Assembly (NCBI RefSeq): GCF_039830195.1
Contig: NZ_JBDODG010000007.1
Span: 4,638 to 68,637 of the forward strand
Reading direction: 5' to 3'
Length of the DNA: 64,000 nucleotides
Origin: Acetobacterium sp.
Lineage (GTDB): Bacteria > Bacillota > Clostridia > Eubacteriales > Eubacteriaceae
The notes under the pieces were generated by a model. The model had not been told where the DNA came from and did no database searches. It saw nothing but the letters and a program-made list of their open reading frames with translations. How positions within the stretch are numbered: position 1 is the stretch's first letter; each line of letters opens with the position of its first letter. The position numbers were made by a program, and so were the translations under genes. Of this stretch, positions 20,392-29,547 are shown piece after piece.

Positions 20392-20677
20392 AACTAACCT
20401 CCGCTTATTATATGTTTTCATTGTATTATACACCTTTTCGAAGCTTTTAGCACCACCCCAGAGCCAAACTTTTAAAAAGAATTTTTAGTGGGACTTTTAT
20501 GACCCCATTTACGCGCCGATCTTTTCTGCATTTTACAACCTTTTATCCCTGTTTTTCGATTTTATCACTACTGCGTATTTTCTTTTAATGATATTTTGCA
20601 GCATTCTAAGCACTACTTAAGCCTATCCAACAGATTGCTTACAATAACTGTGACTGTGAATCCAGCCAGTCTTAAAC

Positions 20678-21247
20678 TCAGACTCTCAGCTGACCCCGGA
20701 AGCCTCTGACGCCATAATAAGAGGGTGCGCTGTTATGATAGATAAAGACGTGGTCATAACGGCGATCGCCAAAGAGCGCCCCGCCGAGTTTTCTGATCTC
20801 AACCGGCGTTTTCACCCAGCTTGATGTTTTCGTATCAAAATGTCCCAGCTTCTGTAATTCCCGATATTGTTCTTCCGTTAAAAGCTCAATGCCCATGGCG
20901 GTCGCCATATCAATGGCGCTATTCTCCGGTTTATGTTCCTTCCGAGCCACCAATCCTTCGCGATCATAACAAACATTTCTACGGCCGTGCGGACTTTCGG
21001 CCGAGCAATCACAAAAGATGTATTCCTTCCTATCCTGATCATAGCCGACCACATCCGGTTCACCGCCGGTTTTTTCCATTTCATTGAGGGACCATAGTTT
21101 TTCTGGCTTAGTTTCCAGTTTTGCCTGAATCTCAGTCCAGGTTAACCCTTGATGACGATTCATATTCTTTTCGAAACGGGCGCTCAAAAGACCGAGTAGC
21201 TCTTCACACTGTTCTGAGGACAATTCTTTGTTTGCATTTTTCATCAT
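20678..21247 (-). CDS. DUF4256-family protein
   Basis: LNEMEKTGGEPDVV, SAESPHGRRNVCYD, FDTKTSSWVKTP, YHNSAPSYYGVRGFRG. Confidence 0.85.
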   Translation of the reverse strand: MMKNANKELSSEQCEELLGLLSARFEKNMNRHQGLTWTEIQAKLETKPEKLWSLNEMEKTGGEPDVVGYDQDRKEYIFCDCSAESPHGRRNVCYDREGLVARKEHKPENSAIDMATAMGIELLTEEQYRELQKLGHFDTKTSSWVKTPVEIRKLGGALFGDRRYDHVFIYHNSAPSYYGVRGFRGQLRV

Positions 21248-21283
21248 GAAACCTCCTTGTAAAAATTTAACGCTGTGTACTGG

Positions 21284-22105
21284 TTACCTGCTTTGCCAAC
21301 TGATAGGAGATGATAAATTCGGCGGAAGCTTGGTTTTAGCATTTCCCTGGGCGGCGTTGATCTGCATTTGTGTTAAAAAAAGACTGCCCCTTAAATCGGT
21401 GTTCTTGATGTTGGCATCCCGCAAATCGGCACCGAGAAAATTGGTTCCTGTCAGGCTGCAGCCTTCCAGATTTGCCGCAATCATCAACGCCATACTAAAA
21501 TTGCGGCCATTAAGATTAGCCCGTTTAAAATTTTTACCAAAATAATCTTGGCGCTCCATTTTGTCAAAAGAATCGGCTGCCAGTTGATTACTTACCTTTT
21601 TTAACACCTGATTAACACCGATTTGATAATTTGTTATATCCATCTGCAGAATTTCAGCCGGAGCCAATGCGGTCATTTGACTGTTTTGGGCAATCAGCAC
21701 CTCAACCTCCGCACCGATCCGTTTATCAGTGTTTAAAGACGCCGCTTCCAATAAATACCAGGCCATCTGATGAAGTTGAAAAACAATCCTAAAGACCCGG
21801 AAGATTTCATTGGCCTTTTCCGGATTGGTTTTCCAGTTTACATTGACATAACCGCTTTGGGTCACTTTTTGGCCAGCCCCAAAACAATCATATGCCAGAC
21901 AGCCTTTCATCTTTTTGTTTGCCAGCTGCGCATGGATGTCGCAACAAAAATCTGGCATTAAGTGTTTACAGGGTACCCCAGCTTGCTTATTTTCGGGAAA
22001 CCCATCCGTCTTCATACAATATAATGCGACGCAACATAAGCCACTACATTTTTCACAATCAATCTTTAGTGCTGCCTCTAAATCAGCGTAGTTGTTATTC
22101 TTCAT
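21284..22105 (-). CDS. Pentapeptide-repeat protein with N-terminal Cys-rich domain
   Basis: CEKCSGLCCVAL, GCLAYDCFGAGQ; C-terminal A(N/D)LxG repeats. Confidence 0.88.
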   Translation of the reverse strand: MKNNNYADLEAALKIDCEKCSGLCCVALYCMKTDGFPENKQAGVPCKHLMPDFCCDIHAQLANKKMKGCLAYDCFGAGQKVTQSGYVNVNWKTNPEKANEIFRVFRIVFQLHQMAWYLLEAASLNTDKRIGAEVEVLIAQNSQMTALAPAEILQMDITNYQIGVNQVLKKVSNQLAADSFDKMERQDYFGKNFKRANLNGRNFSMALMIAANLEGCSLTGTNFLGADLRDANIKNTDLRGSLFLTQMQINAAQGNAKTKLPPNLSSPISWQSR

Positions 22106-22275
22106 CTTATCCTATCCTTACATCTTATCCTGCCAAATTTTTTTGATCATGTTATCTGTTCAGATTTCATCGCCTGTTTTTTAATATTATTCTTATTATA
22201 TCGCAACTCCCGAACTGATCACATCAAATTATTTGCCTTCATTAAATTCATTTTTTAATTATTTTTTAACTACTA

Positions 22276-22311
22276 TTGACAAATCAGCTATATAGCGTTA
22301 CTATATAGCTG
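22276..22311 (+). promoter_or_regulatory. padR promoter with overlapping inverted repeat
   Basis: TTGACA (22276), 17 bp, TACTAT; CAGCTATATAG-N5-CTATATAGCTG at 22285-22311. Confidence 0.7.
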
Positions 22312-22332
22312 TAGTAAGTAATACTAAGTAGT

Positions 22333-22674
22333 ATGGAGGTGATTATCCTGGAAAACTTAACGGAGATGTTCAAAGGCCTGCTTGAGGGCTGTGTCCTTGA
22401 GATTATTAGTGGCGGCGAAACCTATGGCTATAAAATCACGCGGCGATTGAATGCGCTAGGCTTTACCGATGTTGTCGATGGAACGATCTACACCATTTTG
22501 GTGCGGCTTGAAAAGAATAACCTCGTCGATATCGAGAAGAAACCGTCCGATATGGGGCCACCGCGCAAGTTTTATGTGCTCAACGACGCGGGACGCAGAG
22601 AACTGCAGCAGTTCTGGGAAAAATGGGCGTTCGTATCATCAAAAATATACGAGTTAAAGGAGACCAAACCATGA
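22333..22674 (+). CDS. PadR-family regulator (true start possibly CTG 22348)
   Basis: KGLLEGCVLEII, YGYKI, GTIYTILVRLEK, GPPRKFY. Confidence 0.92.
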   Translation: MEVIILENLTEMFKGLLEGCVLEIISGGETYGYKITRRLNALGFTDVVDGTIYTILVRLEKNNLVDIEKKPSDMGPPRKFYVLNDAGRRELQQFWEKWAFVSSKIYELKETKP

Positions 22675-23024
22675 CTTTTTGGGAAAAAATTACCGGTAAT
22701 GACATGACTAAAGAATTGCAGATTTTTGAATCCCGGGCCCAAAAGCTGCCGAAAGATTATCAGATTGTTTATAAAGAGATTCAAAAATATCTCTTTAAGG
22801 TCGGTCCGGTTGAGCTAACCGAGGGAACGGAATTGCTCTCGGGGATTGTCGATCTTTTTGAAGACGGCGTGGCTCTGGGGAAAGGCGTACTCGAAGTGAC
22901 CGGCCGTGACGTAGCGGCTTTCTGTGACGATCTAATCAAAGATTCAAAAACATACGCGGACATCTACCAAGCATCAGTTGCTCAAGAAGTCAATCAGGCC
23001 ATGAAAAAGATTACGAAAATCTAA
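22671..23024 (+). CDS. DUF1048-family protein (apparent chimera of two paralogs)
   Basis: LPKDYQIVYKEIQKYL, DLFEDG, VTGRDVAAFCDDL; ATGA overlap with padR. Confidence 0.85.
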   Translation: MTFWEKITGNDMTKELQIFESRAQKLPKDYQIVYKEIQKYLFKVGPVELTEGTELLSGIVDLFEDGVALGKGVLEVTGRDVAAFCDDLIKDSKTYADIYQASVAQEVNQAMKKITKI

Positions 23025-23154
23025 AAGCGGCAAAAGCGATACCTCATAATCCCCTTAACGCAACCAATGCTGACATTTTTTGTGCCATTATGTTAACATC
23101 AATTGATGGATGTCATTGCCAAAACCTGCTAAAATAGGCACAGGTGGTGAAAAT

Positions 23155-23622
23155 ATGAAAAATGTGATTAGTATGAATTTACAGACCCTACGAAAAACCC
23201 ATCAATACACGCAGGAAGATGTGGCCGAAAAGATCGCGGTTTCCCGGCAGTCCGTTGCTAAATGGGAAAACGGCGAGAGCTTACCGGATATGAATAAATG
23301 CATTGCCCTGGCTCAGCTTTATAACATTTCCCTTGATACCCTCGTCAATGGCACCGAAACAGCCGGCGTACCCTTGCCGCCAAAAGGCAAGCACGTTTTT
23401 GGTACGGTGATTGTTGGCGAGCGGGGGCAAATTGTCATTCCCAAAAAAGCCCGGGAAGTCTTCCAGATCAATCCCGGCGACAGTCTGATAATTCTCGGTG
23501 ATGAGAATCAGGGCGGGCTGGCGCTGATTGACGCCAATCGATTTATCAGTCAGTTTGAATTTGTTAAACAAGGTTTGGGCTATGCCGATCAAACCGTTAA
23601 GGGTAACGAAAGTGAAGATTAA
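23155..23622 (+). CDS. XRE HTH plus AbrB/SpoVT-domain regulator
   Basis: LRKTHQYTQEDVAEKIAVSRQSVAKWENG; VGERGQIVIPKKAREVFQINPGD. Confidence 0.9.
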   Translation: MKNVISMNLQTLRKTHQYTQEDVAEKIAVSRQSVAKWENGESLPDMNKCIALAQLYNISLDTLVNGTETAGVPLPPKGKHVFGTVIVGERGQIVIPKKAREVFQINPGDSLIILGDENQGGLALIDANRFISQFEFVKQGLGYADQTVKGNESED

Positions 23623-24688
23623 AAAAATGCAAGTAGTCCTGATTGTTTTGGCTTTTTTAGTAATCGGCAGCGTCGCCGTCCTTGGTTACTTTTTTTATCG
23701 CAATTTACATCCGATCGATGATCGTTATCTCCAACAGACCCTCGCCGCTGGTTTTACTGAACAAACCGCCGCGCTGGATAATGGTTCAGTTATTAATTAT
23801 GGTGAGGGACCCGATAACGGCCCCGCCCTGCTGTTAATCCACGGACAGGGCGTTTCCTGGGAGGATTATGCCGCAGTTCTGCCGGAATTATCGAAAAACT
23901 ATCATGTTTTTGCAGTGGACTGCTTTGGCCACGGTCAATCCAGTCATGATCCGGCGCTTTATTCCTGTGCGGCCAACGGCCAGGCGCTGATCGCATTTAT
24001 GGAGCGTGTTATCGGTGAAACATGCTTTGTCTCTGGTCATTCTTCCGGTGGTATTCTGGCTGCCTGGCTTGGGGCCAACGCACCGGAGCTGGTCTGCGGC
24101 GTTCTACTTGAAGACCCCCCACTCTTTTCCGTGACCCCAGCGGAAATGCAGGAAGGATCGGGCTGCTTTGCCTGGCAGGATACCTTCACGACCATTCATA
24201 GCTTTCAAAATCAAACGGATGAAACCGATTTTGTTGTTTATTATTTTAAGCATGGCTATATGATTTCCCTTTTTGGTGGCCTAAAAGAGCCGGTGGCAGC
24301 GGCCGTTGCGACCTTCCGCGCTGAACATCCCGGTCAGGGGCCCCGAATCTACTGGATCCCCTATTCCTGGCTGCGACTGATGAACACCTTTGACCACTAT
24401 GATCTGGCCTTTGGCGAGACCTTTTACGATGGTTCATGGATGAACGGGATCGATCAGGAAGCAATGCTAAAAATGATTTCGGCTCCGACAATTTATCTCA
24501 AAGCCGAAACGAATTACGGTCAGGACGGGGTTTTGTACGCTGCCAACAGCGATGAAGATGCCCACAAGGTTCAGGCATGCCTCTCCGCTTGCGAAACCAT
24601 GACCATCAAATCCGGTCATGACATTCATTATGAGCATCCCGACTTTTTCATTTCCGCAGTAAAAAACCTGGAAAATAGAACAAAATAA
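23612..24688 (+). CDS. Membrane-anchored alpha/beta hydrolase
   Basis: N-terminal TM, LLIHGQ, VDCFGHG, GHSSGG, C-terminal GHDIH; start GTG 23612 or ATG 23627. Confidence 0.88.
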   Translation: MKIKKMQVVLIVLAFLVIGSVAVLGYFFYRNLHPIDDRYLQQTLAAGFTEQTAALDNGSVINYGEGPDNGPALLLIHGQGVSWEDYAAVLPELSKNYHVFAVDCFGHGQSSHDPALYSCAANGQALIAFMERVIGETCFVSGHSSGGILAAWLGANAPELVCGVLLEDPPLFSVTPAEMQEGSGCFAWQDTFTTIHSFQNQTDETDFVVYYFKHGYMISLFGGLKEPVAAAVATFRAEHPGQGPRIYWIPYSWLRLMNTFDHYDLAFGETFYDGSWMNGIDQEAMLKMISAPTIYLKAETNYGQDGVLYAANSDEDAHKVQACLSACETMTIKSGHDIHYEHPDFFISAVKNLENRTK

Positions 24689-24722
24689 TTTACCAGCCTT
24701 ACCAGCCTGGCTGCTATTTCAC

Positions 24723-24771
24723 CCAAACAAGCAGAACCAACAGAAAATTTCTGTTGGTTCTGCTTGTTTGG
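24723..24771. repeat. 49-bp near-perfect palindrome
   Basis: 24-bp arms CCAAACAAGCAGAACCAACAGAAA with a 1-nt spacer. Confidence 0.85.
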
Positions 24772-24790
24772 CAGCAATGATATCTTTTCA

Positions 24791-24819
24791 TTGACAATGG
24801 CGATTGCGTTGTGTAAAAT
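24791..24819 (+). promoter_or_regulatory. SigA promoter of the nitroreductase gene
   Basis: TTGACA, 17 bp, TG-extended TAAAAT. Confidence 0.7.
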
Positions 24820-24866
24820 ACAATTGTCTAAAATTTACGCGGATTATTATCCTAAGGAGAATCACA

Positions 24867-25709
24867 ATGAATATAAATTTTCCCGTTGAAGAAACCGTAA
24901 AAAAGCGATATAGCGTCAGAAACTATCAGGATCAGGCGATTGAATCCGATAAACTAAAAGCCATTGAAGTTTTTATTGCTTCATTGGAAAACCCCTTTGG
25001 TCCCAACATCAAGTTTCATACCCTTGATATCAAAACCGGGCCAAACACCCAAAAGCTTGGTACCTATGGGGTCATCAAAGGTGCCAGCCACTATATTGGT
25101 ACGACGATCACCCCGGAACCGCTGGCCCTGGAAGCTTTGGGCTATGAATTTGAAGCCCTGGTCCTCTATCTGGCCGATCTTGGTCTCGGCACGTGTTGGC
25201 TGGGTGGCACCTTTGACCGGCAGAGTTTTTCCAATGCGATGCAAATCGAAGCTGGTGAAATTTTCCCAATCATCACCCCCGTTGGGTATGCGGCCGACCA
25301 TAAGCATTTTAAAGAAAAAGCGATGCGCAAACTGATCAAAGCTGATCAACGGAAAGAGTGGCCGCAATTGTTTTTTAACAATGATTTTCAGTCACCACTG
25401 ACGGCCGCTGCGGCTGGCGACCTGGCCTTTGCTCTGGAAATGGTGCGATTGGGACCATCAGCATCCAATAAACAACCCTGGCGCATTGTCTTAATCAATG
25501 GCAACTGTCATTTTTATGAGGCCAAGGAACCCGGCTATAGCAAAGCTTTTTCCTACGATATCCAACGGGTCGACCTGGGCATTGCTGCCGCCCATTTTGA
25601 TTTTGCCATGAAAGAACGGAAAATTGACGGGCATTTTATCACCTCGGCCCAACCACTGATTGATTTGCCTAAGCATATGGAATATGTCTTTTCGTGGATC
25701 AGGGCATAG
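24867..25709 (+). CDS. Nitroreductase-family protein (two-domain)
   Basis: KRYSVRNY, GLGTCWLGG, PSASNKQPWR, DLGIAAAHF. Confidence 0.9.
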   Translation: MNINFPVEETVKKRYSVRNYQDQAIESDKLKAIEVFIASLENPFGPNIKFHTLDIKTGPNTQKLGTYGVIKGASHYIGTTITPEPLALEALGYEFEALVLYLADLGLGTCWLGGTFDRQSFSNAMQIEAGEIFPIITPVGYAADHKHFKEKAMRKLIKADQRKEWPQLFFNNDFQSPLTAAAAGDLAFALEMVRLGPSASNKQPWRIVLINGNCHFYEAKEPGYSKAFSYDIQRVDLGIAAAHFDFAMKERKIDGHFITSAQPLIDLPKHMEYVFSWIRA

Positions 25710-25879
25710 TCCTCCACTTTTGGATCGCACAATACTTTGCGGCGGAACTATATCCTAAGTTTTACTCTGAGAAAAATGTACTACATCCAATGGCTGCGCT
25801 TGCGGCCATTTTTTATATCCTGCAATGCCTCTTCTTAACGCTGTTCCCGTGTTTTGATAAAACGTTCGATTCCGTCCAT
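25710..25879 (-). pseudogene. DUF1810 pseudogene (5' part, stops and frameshift)
   Basis: RBS + MDGIERFIKTREQR*EEALQDIKNGRKRSHWM*YIF, then in a shifted frame GYSSAAKYCAIQ; collinear with the intact 48362-48775 protein. Confidence 0.8.
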
Positions 25880-26020
25880 AATTCCTCTTTCTTATGTAAT
25901 TCCGTCTTTAAATTCTTAGCATGATAACTATGTTAATCATGAGACCATCGGTACACAGCTGATACTAAGCTGTTTTTCTGACTTAACTCACACTTTTCAT
26001 AAAAGCTGATCAATTATCAT

Positions 26021-26098
26021 AATTAAATTAATAATATTAATCAATGTATTAATATTATTAATTTAATTTTTGACATATTTAATTTTTGGTAGTATATT
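26021..26098 (+). promoter_or_regulatory. Perfect 20-bp A/T inverted repeat abutting a SigA-like promoter
   Basis: AATTAAATTAATAATATTAA-N8-TTAATATTATTAATTTAATT (26021-26068), then TTGACA (26070), 17 bp, TATATT. Confidence 0.7.
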
Positions 26099-26130
26099 AT
26101 AATCAAATAAACATAGGACTGGTGAAAAGA

Positions 26131-26520
26131 ATGAAGTACAAAGCTCCCGGCAGATGTCCCATCTGTGGTGAAAAACTTTCCATTACCAAACTAAGTTGTT
26201 CAAAGTGTGCCACCACCATTGAAGGTCATTTTGAGCCTTGTGAATTCTGCCGTCTGCCAGACGAAGATCTTGAATTTATCAAAATATTCATCAAGTGCAG
26301 GGGGAATATTAAGGATGTTGAAAAAGAACTGGGCATCTCTTATCCGACAGTACGCGGTAAACTGGATACGGTTATCAGAGGTCTGGGCTATGAAGTGCCC
26401 TCAAAGGAACTGATTAAGGAAAACGAAAATAAAACAGCCGCCCGAAATGAAATCCTGGACCAGCTATCAAACGGTGAAATCACCTCAAAGGAAGCAACCG
26501 AACGGATAAAAAATTTATAA
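26131..26520 (+). CDS. DUF2089-family Zn-ribbon/HTH protein with C-terminal SHOCT-like helix
   Basis: CPICG...CSKC, FIKCRGNIKDVEKELGISYPTVRGKLD, ILDQLSNGEITSKEA. Confidence 0.88.
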   Translation: MKYKAPGRCPICGEKLSITKLSCSKCATTIEGHFEPCEFCRLPDEDLEFIKIFIKCRGNIKDVEKELGISYPTVRGKLDTVIRGLGYEVPSKELIKENENKTAARNEILDQLSNGEITSKEATERIKNL

Positions 26521-26539
26521 AGAAAAGGGAGATTAGACA

Positions 26540-26977
26540 ATGAACGAACAACAGAAAATATTGGAAATGATCGAAAGTGGCCAAATCACAGCTACCGAAG
26601 GAATGGAATTGCTGGAAGCTCTGACGATGACCAGTAACGTGGCCACCATTCAGACGGTTGCCACAACTGGCAACCATGGTTATAAATTCTTTAAGGTTAA
26701 AGTGACCTCGGATAATAACTCGGTCAATGTCAACATCAATATCCCGATCCGGCTGCTGACGACTATTGGCGAAATTGCTGATCGCATGACGGCAGTGCTT
26801 CCTCCAGATGCCAGAAAAGATATGGAATCAAAGGGAATTGATCTTTCCGGCATCGATTTTGCTAAAATCGTCGAAGAGGTGATCAGTGGTACCCTGGATG
26901 AACCGAATATCGTTGACGTGGAAGCCTGGGACGAAAACAGTCAGACCATGATAAAGGTACGGGTCTATGTCGAATAA
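26540..26977 (+). CDS. SHOCT-like (YvlB N-terminus-like) domain protein
   Basis: EQQKILEMIESGQITATEGMELLEAL; VNINIPI; C-terminal VRVYVE. Confidence 0.75.
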   Translation: MNEQQKILEMIESGQITATEGMELLEALTMTSNVATIQTVATTGNHGYKFFKVKVTSDNNSVNVNINIPIRLLTTIGEIADRMTAVLPPDARKDMESKGIDLSGIDFAKIVEEVISGTLDEPNIVDVEAWDENSQTMIKVRVYVE

Positions 26978-27281
26978 GGGTTTTCGCAGCTTATGGATCC
27001 GGCTCCAGATTGAGGACAAACGGTTCATAACGATTCCTTTTCCGATCCCCTTATATATTTTTGAAGATTTACTGGACAGTTTTCTGGATGTTCTGATCAT
27101 CGCATGTTTTTTCGCCCCAAAGACACCCGCTCCGAATCCATCTTCCCGGGTCTCAGTCCATTTAGTGAAAGAGCTTGTTGTCGCTGTGATGAGCCTGCTA
27201 CGGTCTTTAAACAGCGATGAGCCCTACGACCTTGTCGATGTTGCCACCGACAAGGTCAAGGTTTTAATTAAAATCAGATAA
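26967..27281 (+). CDS. Conserved hypothetical protein of DUF2089 operons
   Basis: Overlaps upstream stop; FITIPFPIPL...YDLVDV...VLIKIR. Confidence 0.7.
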   Translation: MSNKGFRSLWIRLQIEDKRFITIPFPIPLYIFEDLLDSFLDVLIIACFFAPKTPAPNPSSRVSVHLVKELVVAVMSLLRSLNSDEPYDLVDVATDKVKVLIKIR

Positions 27282-27300
27282 ACTGTTTTGGGAGGTAAAA

Positions 27301-27648
27301 ATGAAAAAACTGTTCATGAAATATCTATCGATCCTTGCGACGATTTACTTGCTGTCACTCGTTTTATACAGCATCCATATCGACAGCATTTCAGCCCTGC
27401 TGATTATGGGTTTGGTATTATTGGGCGTAAATTTAGTGTTAAAGCCGATTCTGCTGCTAATTACACTACCCCTCAGTCTTCTCACCCTGGGCTTATTTAG
27501 TTTCATTGTCAATGCCTGGATGATTATGATTGCAGACCATTTTGTCGCCGATATCAGCATGGGTGGTTTTCTTAATTCATTAATTGCCGCTTTCATCATT
27601 GTTTTATTCAATCATCTCTTGACCGGGATGAATAAGGAATCTTGTTAG
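27301..27648 (+). CDS. YvlD-like 4-TM 'phage holin family' membrane protein
   Basis: VNLVLKPILLLITLPLSLLTLGLFSFIVNAWM, GFLNSLIAAFII; RBS GGAGG. Confidence 0.85.
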   Translation: MKKLFMKYLSILATIYLLSLVLYSIHIDSISALLIMGLVLLGVNLVLKPILLLITLPLSLLTLGLFSFIVNAWMIMIADHFVADISMGGFLNSLIAAFIIVLFNHLLTGMNKESC

Positions 27649-27676
27649 GCGCTATCATCTCTAATTAAGCCGGACC

Positions 27677-27691
27677 ATGACGAAGGGACGT
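27677..27691. repeat. Half-copy of the 27-bp repeat at the left edge of the GC-richer island
   Basis: ATGACGAAGGGACGT resembles ATGACAAGGGGGACGT. Confidence 0.4.
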
Positions 27692-27827
27692 ATGGGACCT
27701 GTATCTTGCTGTTTCTTTAGATACCTTGGATGAACTTCAGATAGAAATCATCTGCGCTAGTGGTACCATATCGCAACGCACACTGAATACGGAAAACTAA
27801 AACCACATCCAAATTAGCCTTTTATTT

Positions 27828-28187
27828 TCATAGCGCAGTTCCGCACTGACCGCAAAATCGAGCACCGGGAACAACGCCGGAGCCACATTTCGAGCAGAAC
27901 TTCATCTGCGGAACGTCTTGGTATGACAGCGGCAAATCCTCATTCGACACATCATCGGACAGAAACAGCCAGTCGATGCCCTCTCCGTCCTCGCATAAAC
28001 CGATGGCTCCGGCGGGCGAAACTACAAAAAAGTTGTCTTCATCGATGGGGTCTTCGCTATCGCCTGTTTCGGCAAGTACCAGCAAGTCTTTTACATCGTA
28101 TCTATCATTGGAAGCGGAAAAGCTCCAGCTTCCGCAGACTGTGGCAGCAAACTCAGCCGCCTCCAACATGGTGTTAAATCTCTCCAT
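27828..28187 (-). CDS. Hypothetical protein with C-terminal zinc ribbon
   Basis: FCSKCGSGVVPGARFCGQCG; RBS AAGGAGG. Confidence 0.85.
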   Translation of the reverse strand: MERFNTMLEAAEFAATVCGSWSFSASNDRYDVKDLLVLAETGDSEDPIDEDNFFVVSPAGAIGLCEDGEGIDWLFLSDDVSNEDLPLSYQDVPQMKFCSKCGSGVVPGARFCGQCGTAL

Positions 28188-28201
28188 TTCAGCAATCCTC
28201 C

Positions 28202-29530
28202 TTATTTGAACAACAGATTATTACACCGCTTGCAGCGGTCGTTTTGTATGGGGTTCATCATAGAGCAGACGTTGCAGTAGATGATGCGGTCTTTGGATTT
28301 ATCGTATTTCTCGTATGTACCGAATCTTGGGTGAAACCGCACCCTATCTCCAACGGAAAGATAGTCGTACATATGCCGCCCACTGCCCTTTTCCACGATG
28401 GTCTTTTTCTTGCCCGTGTCGGTGTTGATGATTGTGGTATATTCCGTATAGGTTCGCCAGTTATCATCCTCGCCGCCTCTATGCTCGCTTTTTTCCTTGC
28501 TGTACTTATTGACGACTACGCCCTCCAACATGGGCTGCTTGGTCTTTCGCAGTGCCAGCAGGTTAATGACCAGCATGACAGCAGCGATGCCCACACCGAT
28601 GACAAGGGATTCTCCAAAGGGGAAATCGTCCATCAGCAGACCGGCGACGGGAAAGCCGATGAGCGGCACAAAAACCAAAATCCACATACAGCCAATGGAG
28701 AATTTTTTGTTTTTCTGTGCTGCTGCCAGTATCTCAGGGCAGTTATACCTGTCGGAAAATCCGAACAGCCCCGTACCACCCTGTGATCGTGCGGGAGCTG
28801 CCGAACGGCTCGGCTCCATCGGCTGCGGCACTGCCGGACTCACTGCCGCTCCACAGCCGATGCAAAATTCGGCTCCCTCCGGCAACTTTGCGCCGCAGGC
28901 CGCACACACGCCAGAGGCGCTGTCCTGTGTTTTTGCGCCGCAGGCCGAACAGAAAGCTGAACCCTCCGACAGTTTATTTCCACAGTTAGGACAAAACATA
29001 TCTTTATCACTCCTTGCTTTGATTGTTTGAGGTGCGGCGGGTTTCATCGCCGCTGTTTTATTCTTTTTTCCCCGTCTGGCTGTGCGTATGACAAGCAAAA
29101 GCAAAAGCAGATAACCGATGGGGGCGAGGATATGGTAAATGATCGCCACCTCGCCCATCTCATCAAATTCGCACAGCGCGGCGGGCTTGTTGACATAGGG
29201 GAAAAGGTCAAGGTAGCGGATGCGCTCGGAGCGCGTTTCGCCCTCGTCTAAGCTCGGCCACGCCTCGTCGCTGCCATACATCACATAGCCGCGATACTCC
29301 TTGCTGTTTGCCACAAACCAATAGCCCTTGGAAACGGTTCGGGATCGGTTTTGCCCCGCGCCCGTATCATCCAGTCGCGCCTGATAGCTGTCCACTGTAC
29401 CCATAACGGAATCGCCCCATATTGCCAGCGCCAGCGTAGAGAGGCTCAAATACATAGCAAACAGCAGTACAGCACAGATAAGGATGAGAATGGGCAGGGG
29501 GATGTTTTTATTTGTTTTCTTCTTTGCCAT
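28202..29530 (-). CDS. Membrane protein with double zinc ribbon and C-terminal CxxC pair
   Basis: Two N-terminal TMs, FCPNCG...FCSACG, CAACG...FCIGCG, two further TMs, YCNVC...CKRC. Confidence 0.85.
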   Translation of the reverse strand: MAKKKTNKNIPLPILILICAVLLFAMYLSLSTLALAIWGDSVMGTVDSYQARLDDTGAGQNRSRTVSKGYWFVANSKEYRGYVMYGSDEAWPSLDEGETRSERIRYLDLFPYVNKPAALCEFDEMGEVAIIYHILAPIGYLLLLLLVIRTARRGKKNKTAAMKPAAPQTIKARSDKDMFCPNCGNKLSEGSAFCSACGAKTQDSASGVCAACGAKLPEGAEFCIGCGAAVSPAVPQPMEPSRSAAPARSQGGTGLFGFSDRYNCPEILAAAQKNKKFSIGCMWILVFVPLIGFPVAGLLMDDFPFGESLVIGVGIAAVMLVINLLALRKTKQPMLEGVVVNKYSKEKSEHRGGEDDNWRTYTEYTTIINTDTGKKKTIVEKGSGRHMYDYLSVGDRVRFHPRFGTYEKYDKSKDRIIYCNVCSMMNPIQNDRCKRCNNLLFK

Positions 29531-29547
29531 GATATTCCTCCTTTTGT

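Noticed and set aside
27301-27648. Prophage lysis gene
   Set aside because: The YvlD-type 'holin' family is a chromosomal stress protein, and no phage genes are nearby.
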